A DNA stretch of 64,000 nt from an uncultured Thermoplasmata archaeon (GTDB lineage Archaea > Thermoplasmatota > Thermoplasmata > RBG-16-68-12), in the NCBI GenBank assembly GCA_963768855.1, contig CAVYJM010000021.1, forward strand, positions 32,001 to 96,000, written 5' to 3'. Of this stretch, positions 18,636-27,309 are shown in pieces. Within the stretch, counting starts at the first letter, position 1. Each line of letters opens with the position of its first letter. Made by a program: the position numbers and the translations under genes. A model generated the notes under the pieces. That model did no database searches, was not told the origin of the DNA, and worked only from the letters and a program-made list of their open reading frames with translations.

Positions 18636-19823
18636 ATGCCGCGCGGGACCCCGTTCCACTCGAGGACCTCCGCCCTGTGCGAGAGCTACAGCTGGCGGAA
18701 CTGGTCTGGATACGTGTGCGCGAGCTCGTACCAGCTCGTCCCGGAGATGGAGTACCATGCGATCCGGGGGGCCACGGGACTCCTCGACGTCTCGCCGCTT
18801 TTCAAGTACCACGTCCGCGGGACGGATGCGTTCCGGCTCTTGAACAAGGTCGTGACGCGGGATCTGGCGAAGTGCCGTCCCCATCAGGTCATGTACACGC
18901 CGTGGTGCGACGACCGGGGCAAGACGATCGACGACGGGACGGTGTGGAACCTCGGGGATGGCACGTGGCGCCTGACGTCGGCCGAGTCGAACCTCGGGTG
19001 GCTCGAGGAGAACGCGTTCGGGATGAAGGTGGAGATCTCGGACGTGTCGGAGGATATCGCCACGGCGGCCCTCCAGGGACCGACCTCGAAGGCCATCCTG
19101 GAAGACGCCTGCGACGGTGCGGTCGAGGGTCTCCGGTACTACCGCTTCACCGAGACCAAGCTCGATGGCATCCCCGTGACCGTGTCCCGCACCGGGTACA
19201 CCGGGGATCTCGGCTACGAGATCTGGACGGAGCGGGAGAACGCCGAGCGGCTGTGGGATGCCCTGATGGCGCACGGGAAGGGGCATGGGATCACGCCCGC
19301 AGGGCTCCTCGCGCTCGACATGGCGCGCATCGAGGCGGGGCTCATCCTCGCCGAGGTGGACTACATGCCCGCGCGGAAGGCGGTGATCGACTCGCAGGCC
19401 TATTCCCCGATGGAGCTCGGCTTGGACTGGACGGTCGATTGGAGGAAGGAGTCGTTCACGGGCCGAGCCGCGCTCCGGGCCGAGCAGGCTCGCGGGGTGC
19501 CGAGGCGGATCGTCGGCCTGGAGCTCGACTGGAGTGTTGCGGAGGCGTTCTACCAGAAACTCGGGTTGCCTCCCGAGCCACCGCGCGTCGCGTGGCGATC
19601 GAAGATCCCGGTGTACGGGAGCCTCCGCCAGATCGGCCACGCCACGAGCGGCGTGTGGTCCCCTCTCCTGAAGCGGTATCTGGCCCTGGCCACCGTCGAC
19701 GCCGCGTACGCCTCGCCGGGAACGGTCGTCGACATGGAGGTCACGATCGAGGACGAGCGCAAGCGCGTTCCCGCCGCGGTCGTGCCGCGCCCCTTCTTCG
19801 ACCCACCGCGCAAGAAGGCATGA
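18636..19823 (+). CDS. Aminomethyltransferase (GcvT-like folate-binding) family protein
   Basis: GLLDVSPL, YTPWCDDRGKTIDDG, ALQGP, SRTGYTGDLGYEI, GL.ALDMARIEAG, PFFDP. Confidence 0.9.
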   Translation: MPRGTPFHSRTSALCESYSWRNWSGYVCASSYQLVPEMEYHAIRGATGLLDVSPLFKYHVRGTDAFRLLNKVVTRDLAKCRPHQVMYTPWCDDRGKTIDDGTVWNLGDGTWRLTSAESNLGWLEENAFGMKVEISDVSEDIATAALQGPTSKAILEDACDGAVEGLRYYRFTETKLDGIPVTVSRTGYTGDLGYEIWTERENAERLWDALMAHGKGHGITPAGLLALDMARIEAGLILAEVDYMPARKAVIDSQAYSPMELGLDWTVDWRKESFTGRAALRAEQARGVPRRIVGLELDWSVAEAFYQKLGLPPEPPRVAWRSKIPVYGSLRQIGHATSGVWSPLLKRYLALATVDAAYASPGTVVDMEVTIEDERKRVPAAVVPRPFFDPPRKKA

Positions 19824-19907
19824 TGGGTCTCGATCTCGGCAATGCATCCCCGTGAGCAGGTCGAGAGCAACGGATTTATCGGATGGACGGTTCTCGGAGC
19901 CGGGAGC

Positions 19908-21470
19908 ATGGTCTCGTACGATGCGATCGTGGTCGGGGCAGGTCACAACGGCCTGGTCGCGGGAGCCTATCTCGCGAAGGCCGGTCTGAGGACGCTCATC
20001 CTCGAGCGTCGCGGAATCGTCGGCGGCGCCTGCGTCACGGAGGAGGTCCTGCCCGGTTTCCGCGTCTCGAGCCTGTCCTACACCTGCGGCCTCTTCCGCC
20101 CGGAGATCAAGGAGGAGCTGCAGCTCGCGAAGTTCGGGCTCGAGGAGCACTCGCACGATCCCGGCCTGTTCCTCCCGTTCCCGGACCGCCGGTACATCAT
20201 GTGGCGTCCCGACCCCGCGTGGAACCTCCGCGAAGTCGCGAAGTTCTCCGAGGCGGACGCGACGGCGCTCCCGAGGTACGAAGCGTTCTGGGAGCAGTTC
20301 GGGGAGCTCGTCGAGCCGACGATGCTCGCACCCCCGGTCAGCCTCGCGGACCTCGCCCAGCTCGTCACGACGCCGGAGGCGGAGGACTTCATCCGCAAGA
20401 CCCTCCTCATGTCCGTTCAGGACGTCCTGGACGACTTCTTCGAGTCCGACGAGGTCAAGGTCTCCCTGGGCACGAGCGCGGTCTCCGGCACGCTCGCAGG
20501 CCCGCGCACCCCTGGCACAGCGTTCGTCCTCGGCCACCACAGCATCGGGACGATCAACGGCGAGAAAGGCGTCTGGGGGTGGGCGAAGGGAGGGATGGGC
20601 GGCATCACCCAGGCGACTGCAAGCGCGGCCCGCCATTTCGGCGCGGAGATCCGAACCCGGGCGGGTGTGGCCCGCGTGCGGATCGAAGACGGGAGGTCCA
20701 CGGGCGTGGAACTCGAGGACGGCACGACGATCGAGTCGAAGGTCGTTCTGAGCAACCTCGATCCGAAGCGCACGTTCCTCGGGATCGTCGGGAAGGAACA
20801 CCTTCCCGCGGACTTCGTGCACGCGATCGACCGTTACCGCATGGAGCCTTCCTCGTTCAAGCTCAACCTCGCGCTCAAGGACCTGCCCGACTTCTCCGCG
20901 ATCCCCGGGACGAACCTACAGCTCCATCACAAGGGGATCATCGACATCGCCCCGGACCTCGACTACCTGGAGCGAGCCTACGAGGACGCGATCCACGGCC
21001 GCTGGTCCAGGGAGCCCTACATCGAGTTCGTCCTCCAGTCGACGGTCGACCCGACCGTGGCACCGAAGGGGATGCACACCCTGACGGCGTCGTGCAAGTT
21101 CGCGCCGTACGAACTCGAGGACGGGAGCTGGGACACGGAGGGCGAGAAGTTCGCGGAGGCGATCCTCGACTCCATCGAGGCCTACGCCCCGAACGTCCGC
21201 AAGATTATCCTGGGCCGGAACTGGATTACGCCGCTGGACATGGAGCGGGAGTACGGGCTGACCCGGGGCGACGTCTTTCACGGCGCGATCTTCCCGTACC
21301 AGATGTTCTCCTTCCGGCCTGTGCCGGGGTGGGCGCGTTACCGCACTCCGGTCGAGAGGCTCTACCTCTGCGGCGCGGGGGCCCATCCCGGTGGAGGTGT
21401 GCTCGGGGCGCCGGGCCACAACGCCGCCATGGCGGTCCTCGAGGACTGGCCGAAGTTCTCGTCGCCCTGA
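19908..21470 (+). CDS. FAD-dependent oxidoreductase, PYROXD2/phytoene-desaturase-like (paralog 3)
   Basis: DAIVVGAGHNGL, GGACVTEE, KGGMGGI, GDVFHG, YLCGAGAHPGGG. Confidence 0.9.
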   Translation: MVSYDAIVVGAGHNGLVAGAYLAKAGLRTLILERRGIVGGACVTEEVLPGFRVSSLSYTCGLFRPEIKEELQLAKFGLEEHSHDPGLFLPFPDRRYIMWRPDPAWNLREVAKFSEADATALPRYEAFWEQFGELVEPTMLAPPVSLADLAQLVTTPEAEDFIRKTLLMSVQDVLDDFFESDEVKVSLGTSAVSGTLAGPRTPGTAFVLGHHSIGTINGEKGVWGWAKGGMGGITQATASAARHFGAEIRTRAGVARVRIEDGRSTGVELEDGTTIESKVVLSNLDPKRTFLGIVGKEHLPADFVHAIDRYRMEPSSFKLNLALKDLPDFSAIPGTNLQLHHKGIIDIAPDLDYLERAYEDAIHGRWSREPYIEFVLQSTVDPTVAPKGMHTLTASCKFAPYELEDGSWDTEGEKFAEAILDSIEAYAPNVRKIILGRNWITPLDMEREYGLTRGDVFHGAIFPYQMFSFRPVPGWARYRTPVERLYLCGAGAHPGGGVLGAPGHNAAMAVLEDWPKFSSP

Positions 21471-21474
21471 CGAA

Positions 21475-22365
21475 TCAGCGGTCGCGGACCTGCGCGTCGT
21501 ACGCATTCGCGAAACCAGCGTCCCCAGCCTCGAGGAAGTTCTTGAGGCAGACGAGGAGGTCCGACCAGCCGCCGCGGTGGTACAGGATTTCCGCCTGCTC
21601 TGCCGCACCGTATCCTGCGCTCGTCACGTAGATCGCGGTCCCGCTCGACTTGGGTTCAAGGGTGAATGTGACGTGGAGGTCGCCCTGCTCCCGGGGCCAC
21701 CGCAGCACGAGGCGGTGCGGGGGCTCGAACTCCAGGATTCGGTCCGGACCGTGGTCCCAGCCCATCGAGAACGCTCCGCCCGCACGGGAATCGACTCGGG
21801 CCTTGCCGAGGGGAACGCCCCCGGTCGACCAATGGTCCACCTGCGGGGCGTCCGTGAGGGCCGCGAACAGGTTCTCCTGAGGCACCTCAATGAGGTTGGA
21901 GAGGCGTAGCTCGCGCGAGGCGACGGGCGCATGGTCCGGACGGACGCTGTCGCTCCGGCCCTCCCCGATGGACTTGAGGTTTCCGAGGCACATCCTCCAT
22001 GCGTCTTGGATCGTGCCGCACGTGCTGTCCTTCAACGGGACGCCCAGATGCCGGACCGTGAGCAGCGTGGCCTCCCCGCCCTGATCCTCAAGATCGTACG
22101 ACACGCGGGTGGCGTTCCCACGGATCGGCCACGTGAAGGCGAAACGCTTCAGGGTCTCCCCCTCGTCGATCGTGGTCTCCCAGCCGCGGCCCTCGGGCAG
22201 GACGAGGCACGTCTCCCCGCCGAACTGGAACTTGCCGCCCACCTTGGGTTCGATGCGGCACCAGCCGCAGAACCAGCGGGCCAGATGCTCGATGCGGAGC
22301 AGCTTCTCGAAGACGGTGGCCCGCGGGGCGTGGACCCGCAGGAGGAATTCGTAATCAGTCGTCAT
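21475..22365 (-). CDS. Tandem SRPBCC/AHSA1 (START-like) domain protein
   Basis: Two repeats of VF..L...E.L..W...GG.F...W...WRMCLGNLK / WSDLLVCLKNFLE. Confidence 0.8.
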   Translation of the reverse strand: MTTDYEFLLRVHAPRATVFEKLLRIEHLARWFCGWCRIEPKVGGKFQFGGETCLVLPEGRGWETTIDEGETLKRFAFTWPIRGNATRVSYDLEDQGGEATLLTVRHLGVPLKDSTCGTIQDAWRMCLGNLKSIGEGRSDSVRPDHAPVASRELRLSNLIEVPQENLFAALTDAPQVDHWSTGGVPLGKARVDSRAGGAFSMGWDHGPDRILEFEPPHRLVLRWPREQGDLHVTFTLEPKSSGTAIYVTSAGYGAAEQAEILYHRGGWSDLLVCLKNFLEAGDAGFANAYDAQVRDR

Positions 22366-22501
22366 CCCGACGCCCCGGCGCAAGGACTCGCGCCGTTTCA
22401 ACTTGCCTCCTGTATTTACCGCCCGACCCGAACCTATTTGCCCGTTCCCCGCGTCCCACACATGCTGCTTCGGATCGGCGTGTGCGCAGGAGCGGAAGAC
22501 G

Positions 22502-23668
22502 ATGGGATACCGGTACGCGGTCATCGGCTCGGGCCGCCAGGGGACGGCCGCGGCCTACGACTTCGCGAAGTTCGGCGATGCGGACGACATCGTGATGGGC
22601 GACATGGTCCTCGGGCAGGCGAGGCGCGCGGCCGCGCGGGTGAACAAGCTCGCCGGACGCTCCGTGGCCCGCTCCGCCCAGGCCGACGTCACGAAGCCCG
22701 CGACGATCCTGAAGGTGATCAAAGAGGCGGACGTCCTGCTGAGCGGCGTCCCGTACTTCTTCAACCTGGGCCTCGCGAAACTCGCCTTGAAGGCGAGGGT
22801 CTCCATGGTCGACTTCGGCGGCAACACGGACCTCGTGCGGAAGCAGCTCGCCCTCGACGCGAGCGCGCGCAAGGCGGGGGTCGGGTTCGTCCCCGATTGC
22901 GGCATGGGTCCGGGGCTGAACATCACGATGGGCGTCTACGCGATGGAGCTCCTCGACGTTCCGGAACACATCTACATCTACGACGGGGGTCTGCCGCAGC
23001 ATCCCCGGCCACCCTGGAACTACGAGCTCACGTTCAACGTGGAGGGCCTGACGAACGAGTATTTCGGCGACGCCACGTTCATCCGGGACGGGCGGGTCGC
23101 CCGGGTCCCGCTCTTCTCCGAGTTCGAGCTCGTGGACTTCCCGCCCCTCGGGACGCTCGAGGCGGTCGTCACGCCGGGAGGCCTGTCCACCGCCCCGTGG
23201 TCCTTCCAGGGCAAGTTGAAGACGTTCCAAAACAAGACCCTCCGATATCCGGGCCACTGGTCCCAGATGCAGGCATTCCAGGACCTCGGCCTCTTCGAGC
23301 TCGACCCGATCGAGGTCGACGGCCGCAAGGTCATCCCGCGCCACGTCTTCCACGCGCTGTTCGAACCCAAGGTCACCCCCGAGGAGATCCGGGACGTCTG
23401 CGTCGAGCGCGTGCGTGCCCTCGGCATGAAGGATCAGCACACCGCGGAGGCGGTCGTCGAACTCGTCGACTACTACGACGAGGCCACGGGCTTCACGTCG
23501 ATGGAGCGGCTCACCGGCTGGCATGCGGCGATCACGGCGGAGATGATCGCCCGCGGCGTCATCCCGCCCGGGGCGCACTCCGTCGAGCTCGGGATCCCCG
23601 CGAAGGCGTTCGTCCAGGAGGCGCGGAAGCGCGGCCTGAAAATCACGGAGCGCGTGAACGCGGTGTGA
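22502..23668 (+). CDS. Saccharopine dehydrogenase / lysine 6-dehydrogenase-like oxidoreductase
   Basis: YAVIGSGRQG, MVDFGG, PDCGMGPGL, YDGGLP, FNVEGLTNEY, KTLRYPGH, SMERLTG. Confidence 0.88.
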   Translation: MGYRYAVIGSGRQGTAAAYDFAKFGDADDIVMGDMVLGQARRAAARVNKLAGRSVARSAQADVTKPATILKVIKEADVLLSGVPYFFNLGLAKLALKARVSMVDFGGNTDLVRKQLALDASARKAGVGFVPDCGMGPGLNITMGVYAMELLDVPEHIYIYDGGLPQHPRPPWNYELTFNVEGLTNEYFGDATFIRDGRVARVPLFSEFELVDFPPLGTLEAVVTPGGLSTAPWSFQGKLKTFQNKTLRYPGHWSQMQAFQDLGLFELDPIEVDGRKVIPRHVFHALFEPKVTPEEIRDVCVERVRALGMKDQHTAEAVVELVDYYDEATGFTSMERLTGWHAAITAEMIARGVIPPGAHSVELGIPAKAFVQEARKRGLKITERVNAV

Positions 23669-23725
23669 GCCCGGCGCCCTGAGGACACGCACCTTCAAGT
23701 ATACCGCGGCCATCGAAGGCGGAAC

Positions 23726-24148
23726 ATGAAGGCCACGAAGGGTCGCAAGGTGGCGGTGCACTACCGCGGCACCCTCGAAGACGGCGAGGAGTTCGACTCC
23801 AGCGAAGGCCGCGAGCCCCTCGAATTCGTCGTGGGGGACGGCGACCTCATCCCCGGGTTCGAGAAGGCGGTCATCGGGATGGAGCCCGGCCAGAGCAAGA
23901 CGGTCACCCTGGACGTGGAGGACGCGTACGGTCCCTACGAGGACCAGCTCGTGGTCGAGGGGCCGCGGAATTCATTCCCCGACGGGGAGCTCAAGGTGGG
24001 CCAGAGCTACACGGTCCATCTTCACGATGGGCAGGAGGCCGTCGGCCGCGTGCTGCGCATCGGGAAGGACGCGGTGGCCCTCGACTTCAACCACCCGCTC
24101 GCGGGGAAGCGGCTCACGTTCCACGTGCGCGTCGTTTCCGTGGCGTAG
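23726..24148 (+). CDS. FKBP-type peptidyl-prolyl isomerase (SlyD-like)
   Basis: HYRGTLEDGEEFDSS, LIPGFE, AYG, DFNHPLAGKRLTF. Confidence 0.93.
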   Translation: MKATKGRKVAVHYRGTLEDGEEFDSSEGREPLEFVVGDGDLIPGFEKAVIGMEPGQSKTVTLDVEDAYGPYEDQLVVEGPRNSFPDGELKVGQSYTVHLHDGQEAVGRVLRIGKDAVALDFNHPLAGKRLTFHVRVVSVA

Positions 24149-25343
24149 CCCGCTTCTTCCGCCCGGGCGCCTTCGTGTACAGGTCCGACCGGCCCGTCAT
24201 CCGTTCCATGTATGCCTTGTCCAGGTCGTACACGAGCGGTTCCTGATTGCTGAACCGTCCTCGGGCCCAGGCGCGGGACCGGACGCCGAGCTGGGTGCGT
24301 TCGCACACGGCCCAGTCCTGGCGGTTGATCTCGTCCCACATGTCGACGGCATCGCTCGGGTCGAAGTCGGGCCTCGCCATGGTCTCCGGTTCGAAGTACC
24401 ACTCGCACTCGATCCGCGAGTGGGTCGGGCTCAGGGGCCAGTCGCGGTGAATCATCAGGTAGTCCGGGTGGACGCTGAAGAACATGTTCGGGAAGACGAC
24501 CCAGTAGTAGATCCGCTTCCGGTCGTCGTCGGTCATCCCCTTCAGAGGCGGCCGTTTCGTGTAGCCGGACACGGTCATCGAGGTGTAGTCGCCCGCGAAG
24601 GTCTGGAAGCCGCCGTTGATGTAGCCCGGCGTCGTCCCCCGCGCCATCCAGGCGTCGTTGTCCCCGGTGAAGTACGGCGTCACGCGGTTCAGCCCGGGGT
24701 GGATTGGGGCGCAGTGGTAGCACTCCGAGTAGTTCTCCGCGAGGATCTTCCAGTTCGCGTTCACCTCGTACACGTGCTTCGCGCCGAGGCGCAGGTCTGC
24801 GATGTCCCAGCGCTCCGTGCGCGTCAGGAGCGGACCGATCTGGTCCTTGAGGGGTTGCGCCTCCGGGTCCATGTTGGCCCAGATGAAACTGCCCCAGGTC
24901 TCCGTCTTGACGGGATAGAGCCCGAAGTCCTCCTTGTCGAAGTCCTCGAGCCCGTCCGTATGGGGAGCGCCGACGAGCTTGCCTTCCGTCGAGTACGTCC
25001 ACGCGTGGTACGGGCAGACGATCGAGCGGAGCTTCTCGCCGCGTTCCTCCGTGACGATGCGCGTGCCGCGATGGCGGCAGACGTTGTAGAATCCGCGGAC
25101 GCGGCTGTCGTTGCCCCGCACGAAAAGCAGGCTCTCCGTCCCGATGTCCCGCGTGAAGAAGTCGCCGGGGTTCGGGATCTGGGTGACGTGCCCGACGTTG
25201 AGCCAATTACGGAAGAAGAGCTTCTCCAACTCCTGCTGGAACACCCCCTCGTCGAAGTAGACAGCGCCGGGAGGGGTCCTCGCGGAGAGATGTTCATCTC
25301 CGGGTCTGGCGCGCGGGTTGTCACTGAACCGAACTCGCTCCAT
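24114..25343 (-). CDS. Rieske non-heme iron oxygenase alpha subunit (GbcA/CntA/choline monooxygenase-like)
   Basis: NVCRHRG...CPYHAWTY (Rieske), NWKILAENYSECYHC..IHP (mononuclear Fe), FPN, EINRQDW.VCE..Q.G. Confidence 0.92.
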   Translation of the reverse strand: MERVRFSDNPRARPGDEHLSARTPPGAVYFDEGVFQQELEKLFFRNWLNVGHVTQIPNPGDFFTRDIGTESLLFVRGNDSRVRGFYNVCRHRGTRIVTEERGEKLRSIVCPYHAWTYSTEGKLVGAPHTDGLEDFDKEDFGLYPVKTETWGSFIWANMDPEAQPLKDQIGPLLTRTERWDIADLRLGAKHVYEVNANWKILAENYSECYHCAPIHPGLNRVTPYFTGDNDAWMARGTTPGYINGGFQTFAGDYTSMTVSGYTKRPPLKGMTDDDRKRIYYWVVFPNMFFSVHPDYLMIHRDWPLSPTHSRIECEWYFEPETMARPDFDPSDAVDMWDEINRQDWAVCERTQLGVRSRAWARGRFSNQEPLVYDLDKAYMERMTGRSDLYTKAPGRKKRATPRKRRARGT

Positions 25344-25382
25344 AGGACTCCTCTGCTAGAGAGCGGAGGTAAAATTAAGAAC

Positions 25383-25398
25383 TTTCGGTGCACCGAAA
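25383..25398. promoter_or_regulatory. Perfect 16-bp palindrome upstream of the Rieske oxygenase promoter (candidate TF site)
   Basis: TTTCGGTGCACCGAAA is self-complementary and lies just upstream of an AT-rich TATA-like box about 30 nt before ATG 25343. Confidence 0.5.
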
Positions 25399-25607
25399 TC
25401 GGGCGAAACGCTCCATGTCCCTCATCGAGCGTTGTCTTTTCGCCAACGCACGAACGTCAGGGGAGGACTACCTTTTTCCGCCGGGGCGGGACCTTCGTCC
25501 TTTTCGACCGCCGTGCCGGAAACGCTTCTCCTTGGGGCGCGCGTCCTTCGGAGGACGCTCCTTGCGTTTCATGCGGAGGAGACTACCGCGAGACTAGATG
25601 AACCCGC

Positions 25608-25979
25608 TCACGCAGTCCGGGTCGGCTCACTGGGTTGGGCTGGGTTCTTGTGGTGGAGACGCTCAACCTCGTGGACCACGACTTCGAACTCCTTCTTCGC
25701 CTCCATCTCGGCCAGCACGGTGATCATGCGCAGCCACATCGCAGGGTAGGCGACGAGCCACACCGCGGAGGCGACCAGGATCGTGAGGACCGAGCTCGGC
25801 AGCAGGTTCCCGAGGCCGACGTAGCCGAGCGCGCTGTGCAGCACGACCTGGGTCGCGATGCTCGATGCGGCGAGGAACGCGAGCAGTCGGAGCCGCTTCA
25901 CCCACCGGTCATGCATCGTCGTCTGGGCGACGCGGAAGAGGTCGTGGTACCAGTCCACCATCCGTCGGGCCAGGGCCAT
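25608..25979 (-). CDS. Hypothetical membrane protein (2 TM)
   Basis: Two hydrophobic segments; ATG 25979. Confidence 0.55.
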   Translation of the reverse strand: MALARRMVDWYHDLFRVAQTTMHDRWVKRLRLLAFLAASSIATQVVLHSALGYVGLGNLLPSSVLTILVASAVWLVAYPAMWLRMITVLAEMEAKKEFEVVVHEVERLHHKNPAQPSEPTRTA

Positions 25980-26120
25980 GCCCTGCGCTACCCTTCCTCC
26001 GTAATAAAGCGTTCCAGTCGGATATCGTCTGCCGCCTGTTCGTCGACCCGAGGCGGTCCGGCTATTTCGTGCTTGTTCGGATGAAAGCCCATATGGCGGA
26101 GAGCCGTTCTCGGTCCGCCC

Positions 26121-26714
26121 ATGGACCCGCGCCGGCGTTCCGCACCGCCCTCGTTCCCCGTCCTCGAGACGGAGCGCCTCGTTCTCCGGGAGATCACCCC
26201 GGACGACGCGGGGTTCTGGCTCCGCAACTTCTCGGATCCCACGGTCGTGGAGCTGACCGCCTACGAGCCTCCCGCCGATCTCGAGGCGGCTAAGGCGGAG
26301 CTCATCCAGTACGGCGTCTGGCCGTTCGAGCAGGGCACGGGAATCCGGTGGGGCATCGCCCTCCGACCCTCCCCGGACCTCATCGGCACGCTCGGGTACC
26401 ACCAGTGGATGAAGGAGGGGGGTAACCATGCCCGGATCGGATACGACCTGCTCCCGGATTTCCGCCGCCGGGGCATCATGACCGAGGCGATGGAAGTGAT
26501 CCTGGCTTACGGGTTCGGGGCGATGAAGTTGAATCGCGCGGAGGTCCTCATCGATCCCGTGAACACGGCATCGATCCGACTCGTTGAGCGCCTGGGGTTC
26601 CACCGAGACGGCGTGCTGCGCGAGAACACGTACTTCCGTGGCCGTTTCGTCGACGATGCGGTCTACTCCCTCCTCGCGCGGGAGTGGCGGTCGAGGCCCG
26701 ACGCCAAGCGTTAA
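26121..26714 (+). CDS. GNAT N-acetyltransferase, RimJ family
   Basis: FPVLETERLVLR, RIGYDL...RRRGIMTEA, N.ASIRLVERLGF. Confidence 0.9.
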   Translation: MDPRRRSAPPSFPVLETERLVLREITPDDAGFWLRNFSDPTVVELTAYEPPADLEAAKAELIQYGVWPFEQGTGIRWGIALRPSPDLIGTLGYHQWMKEGGNHARIGYDLLPDFRRRGIMTEAMEVILAYGFGAMKLNRAEVLIDPVNTASIRLVERLGFHRDGVLRENTYFRGRFVDDAVYSLLAREWRSRPDAKR

Positions 26715-26739
26715 GCTCGCCTCCCCCTGTCGCGGCCCG

Positions 26740-27309
26740 ATGGAGTTCGACCCGACGATCTCCGTCTCCGAGGACCCCGGGGTCTACCGCCCCGCAGAGG
26801 ACTCGCTCCTCCTGCTCCGGGCCATCTCCCTCACTCCCGGCGAACGCTTCCTCGAGGTCGGCACGGGGAGCGGGCTCATCGCGTTGCATGCGGCGCGCCG
26901 CGGCCCGGCCGTGGCGACGGACGCGAACTCCGAGGCGGTCCGTCTCGCGCGGTCCAACGCCCGCCAGAACGGCCTCCCCCTCGAGGTCGTGCGGACGAAC
27001 CTCATGGAGGGCATCCGCGGTCCCTTCGATGTAATCGCGTTCAACCCGCCCTACCTGGAAGGTGCGCCCGCGGATGACCTCGATCGATCCTGGGCCGGCG
27101 GTCACCAGGGGTCGGCCGTCTCCGTGCGGTTCCTCGCGGACCTCGACCGCCTCCTGGCTCGGGGAGGGCGCGCCTATGTTCTCCTGAGCCGGATGAACGA
27201 GGCCGCGAGGCGAGCCGCTGAACGGTTCCAGGTCCGTGTGGTATCCTCGCAGAAGCTCTTCTTCGAGGAGCTCGATGTGCTGGAGCTCAAGCCCCGAGAT
27301 CCTTCATGA
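26740..27309 (+). CDS. HemK2/Mtq2-like protein-glutamine N5-methyltransferase
   Basis: VYRPAEDSLLL, LEVGTGSG, FNPPYL. Confidence 0.88.
   Translation: MEFDPTISVSEDPGVYRPAEDSLLLLRAISLTPGERFLEVGTGSGLIALHAARRGPAVATDANSEAVRLARSNARQNGLPLEVVRTNLMEGIRGPFDVIAFNPPYLEGAPADDLDRSWAGGHQGSAVSVRFLADLDRLLARGGRAYVLLSRMNEAARRAAERFQVRVVSSQKLFFEELDVLELKPRDPS

Noticed and set aside
18636-19823. Canonical glycine cleavage T protein
   Set aside because: No gcvH or gcvP is adjacent, and the neighbourhood fits a GcvT-like paralog; no gene symbol was assigned.
15308-21470. Carotenoid biosynthesis cluster
   Set aside because: No phytoene synthase, cyclase or prenyltransferase lies nearby, and the GcvT-like partner points to C1/amine chemistry.
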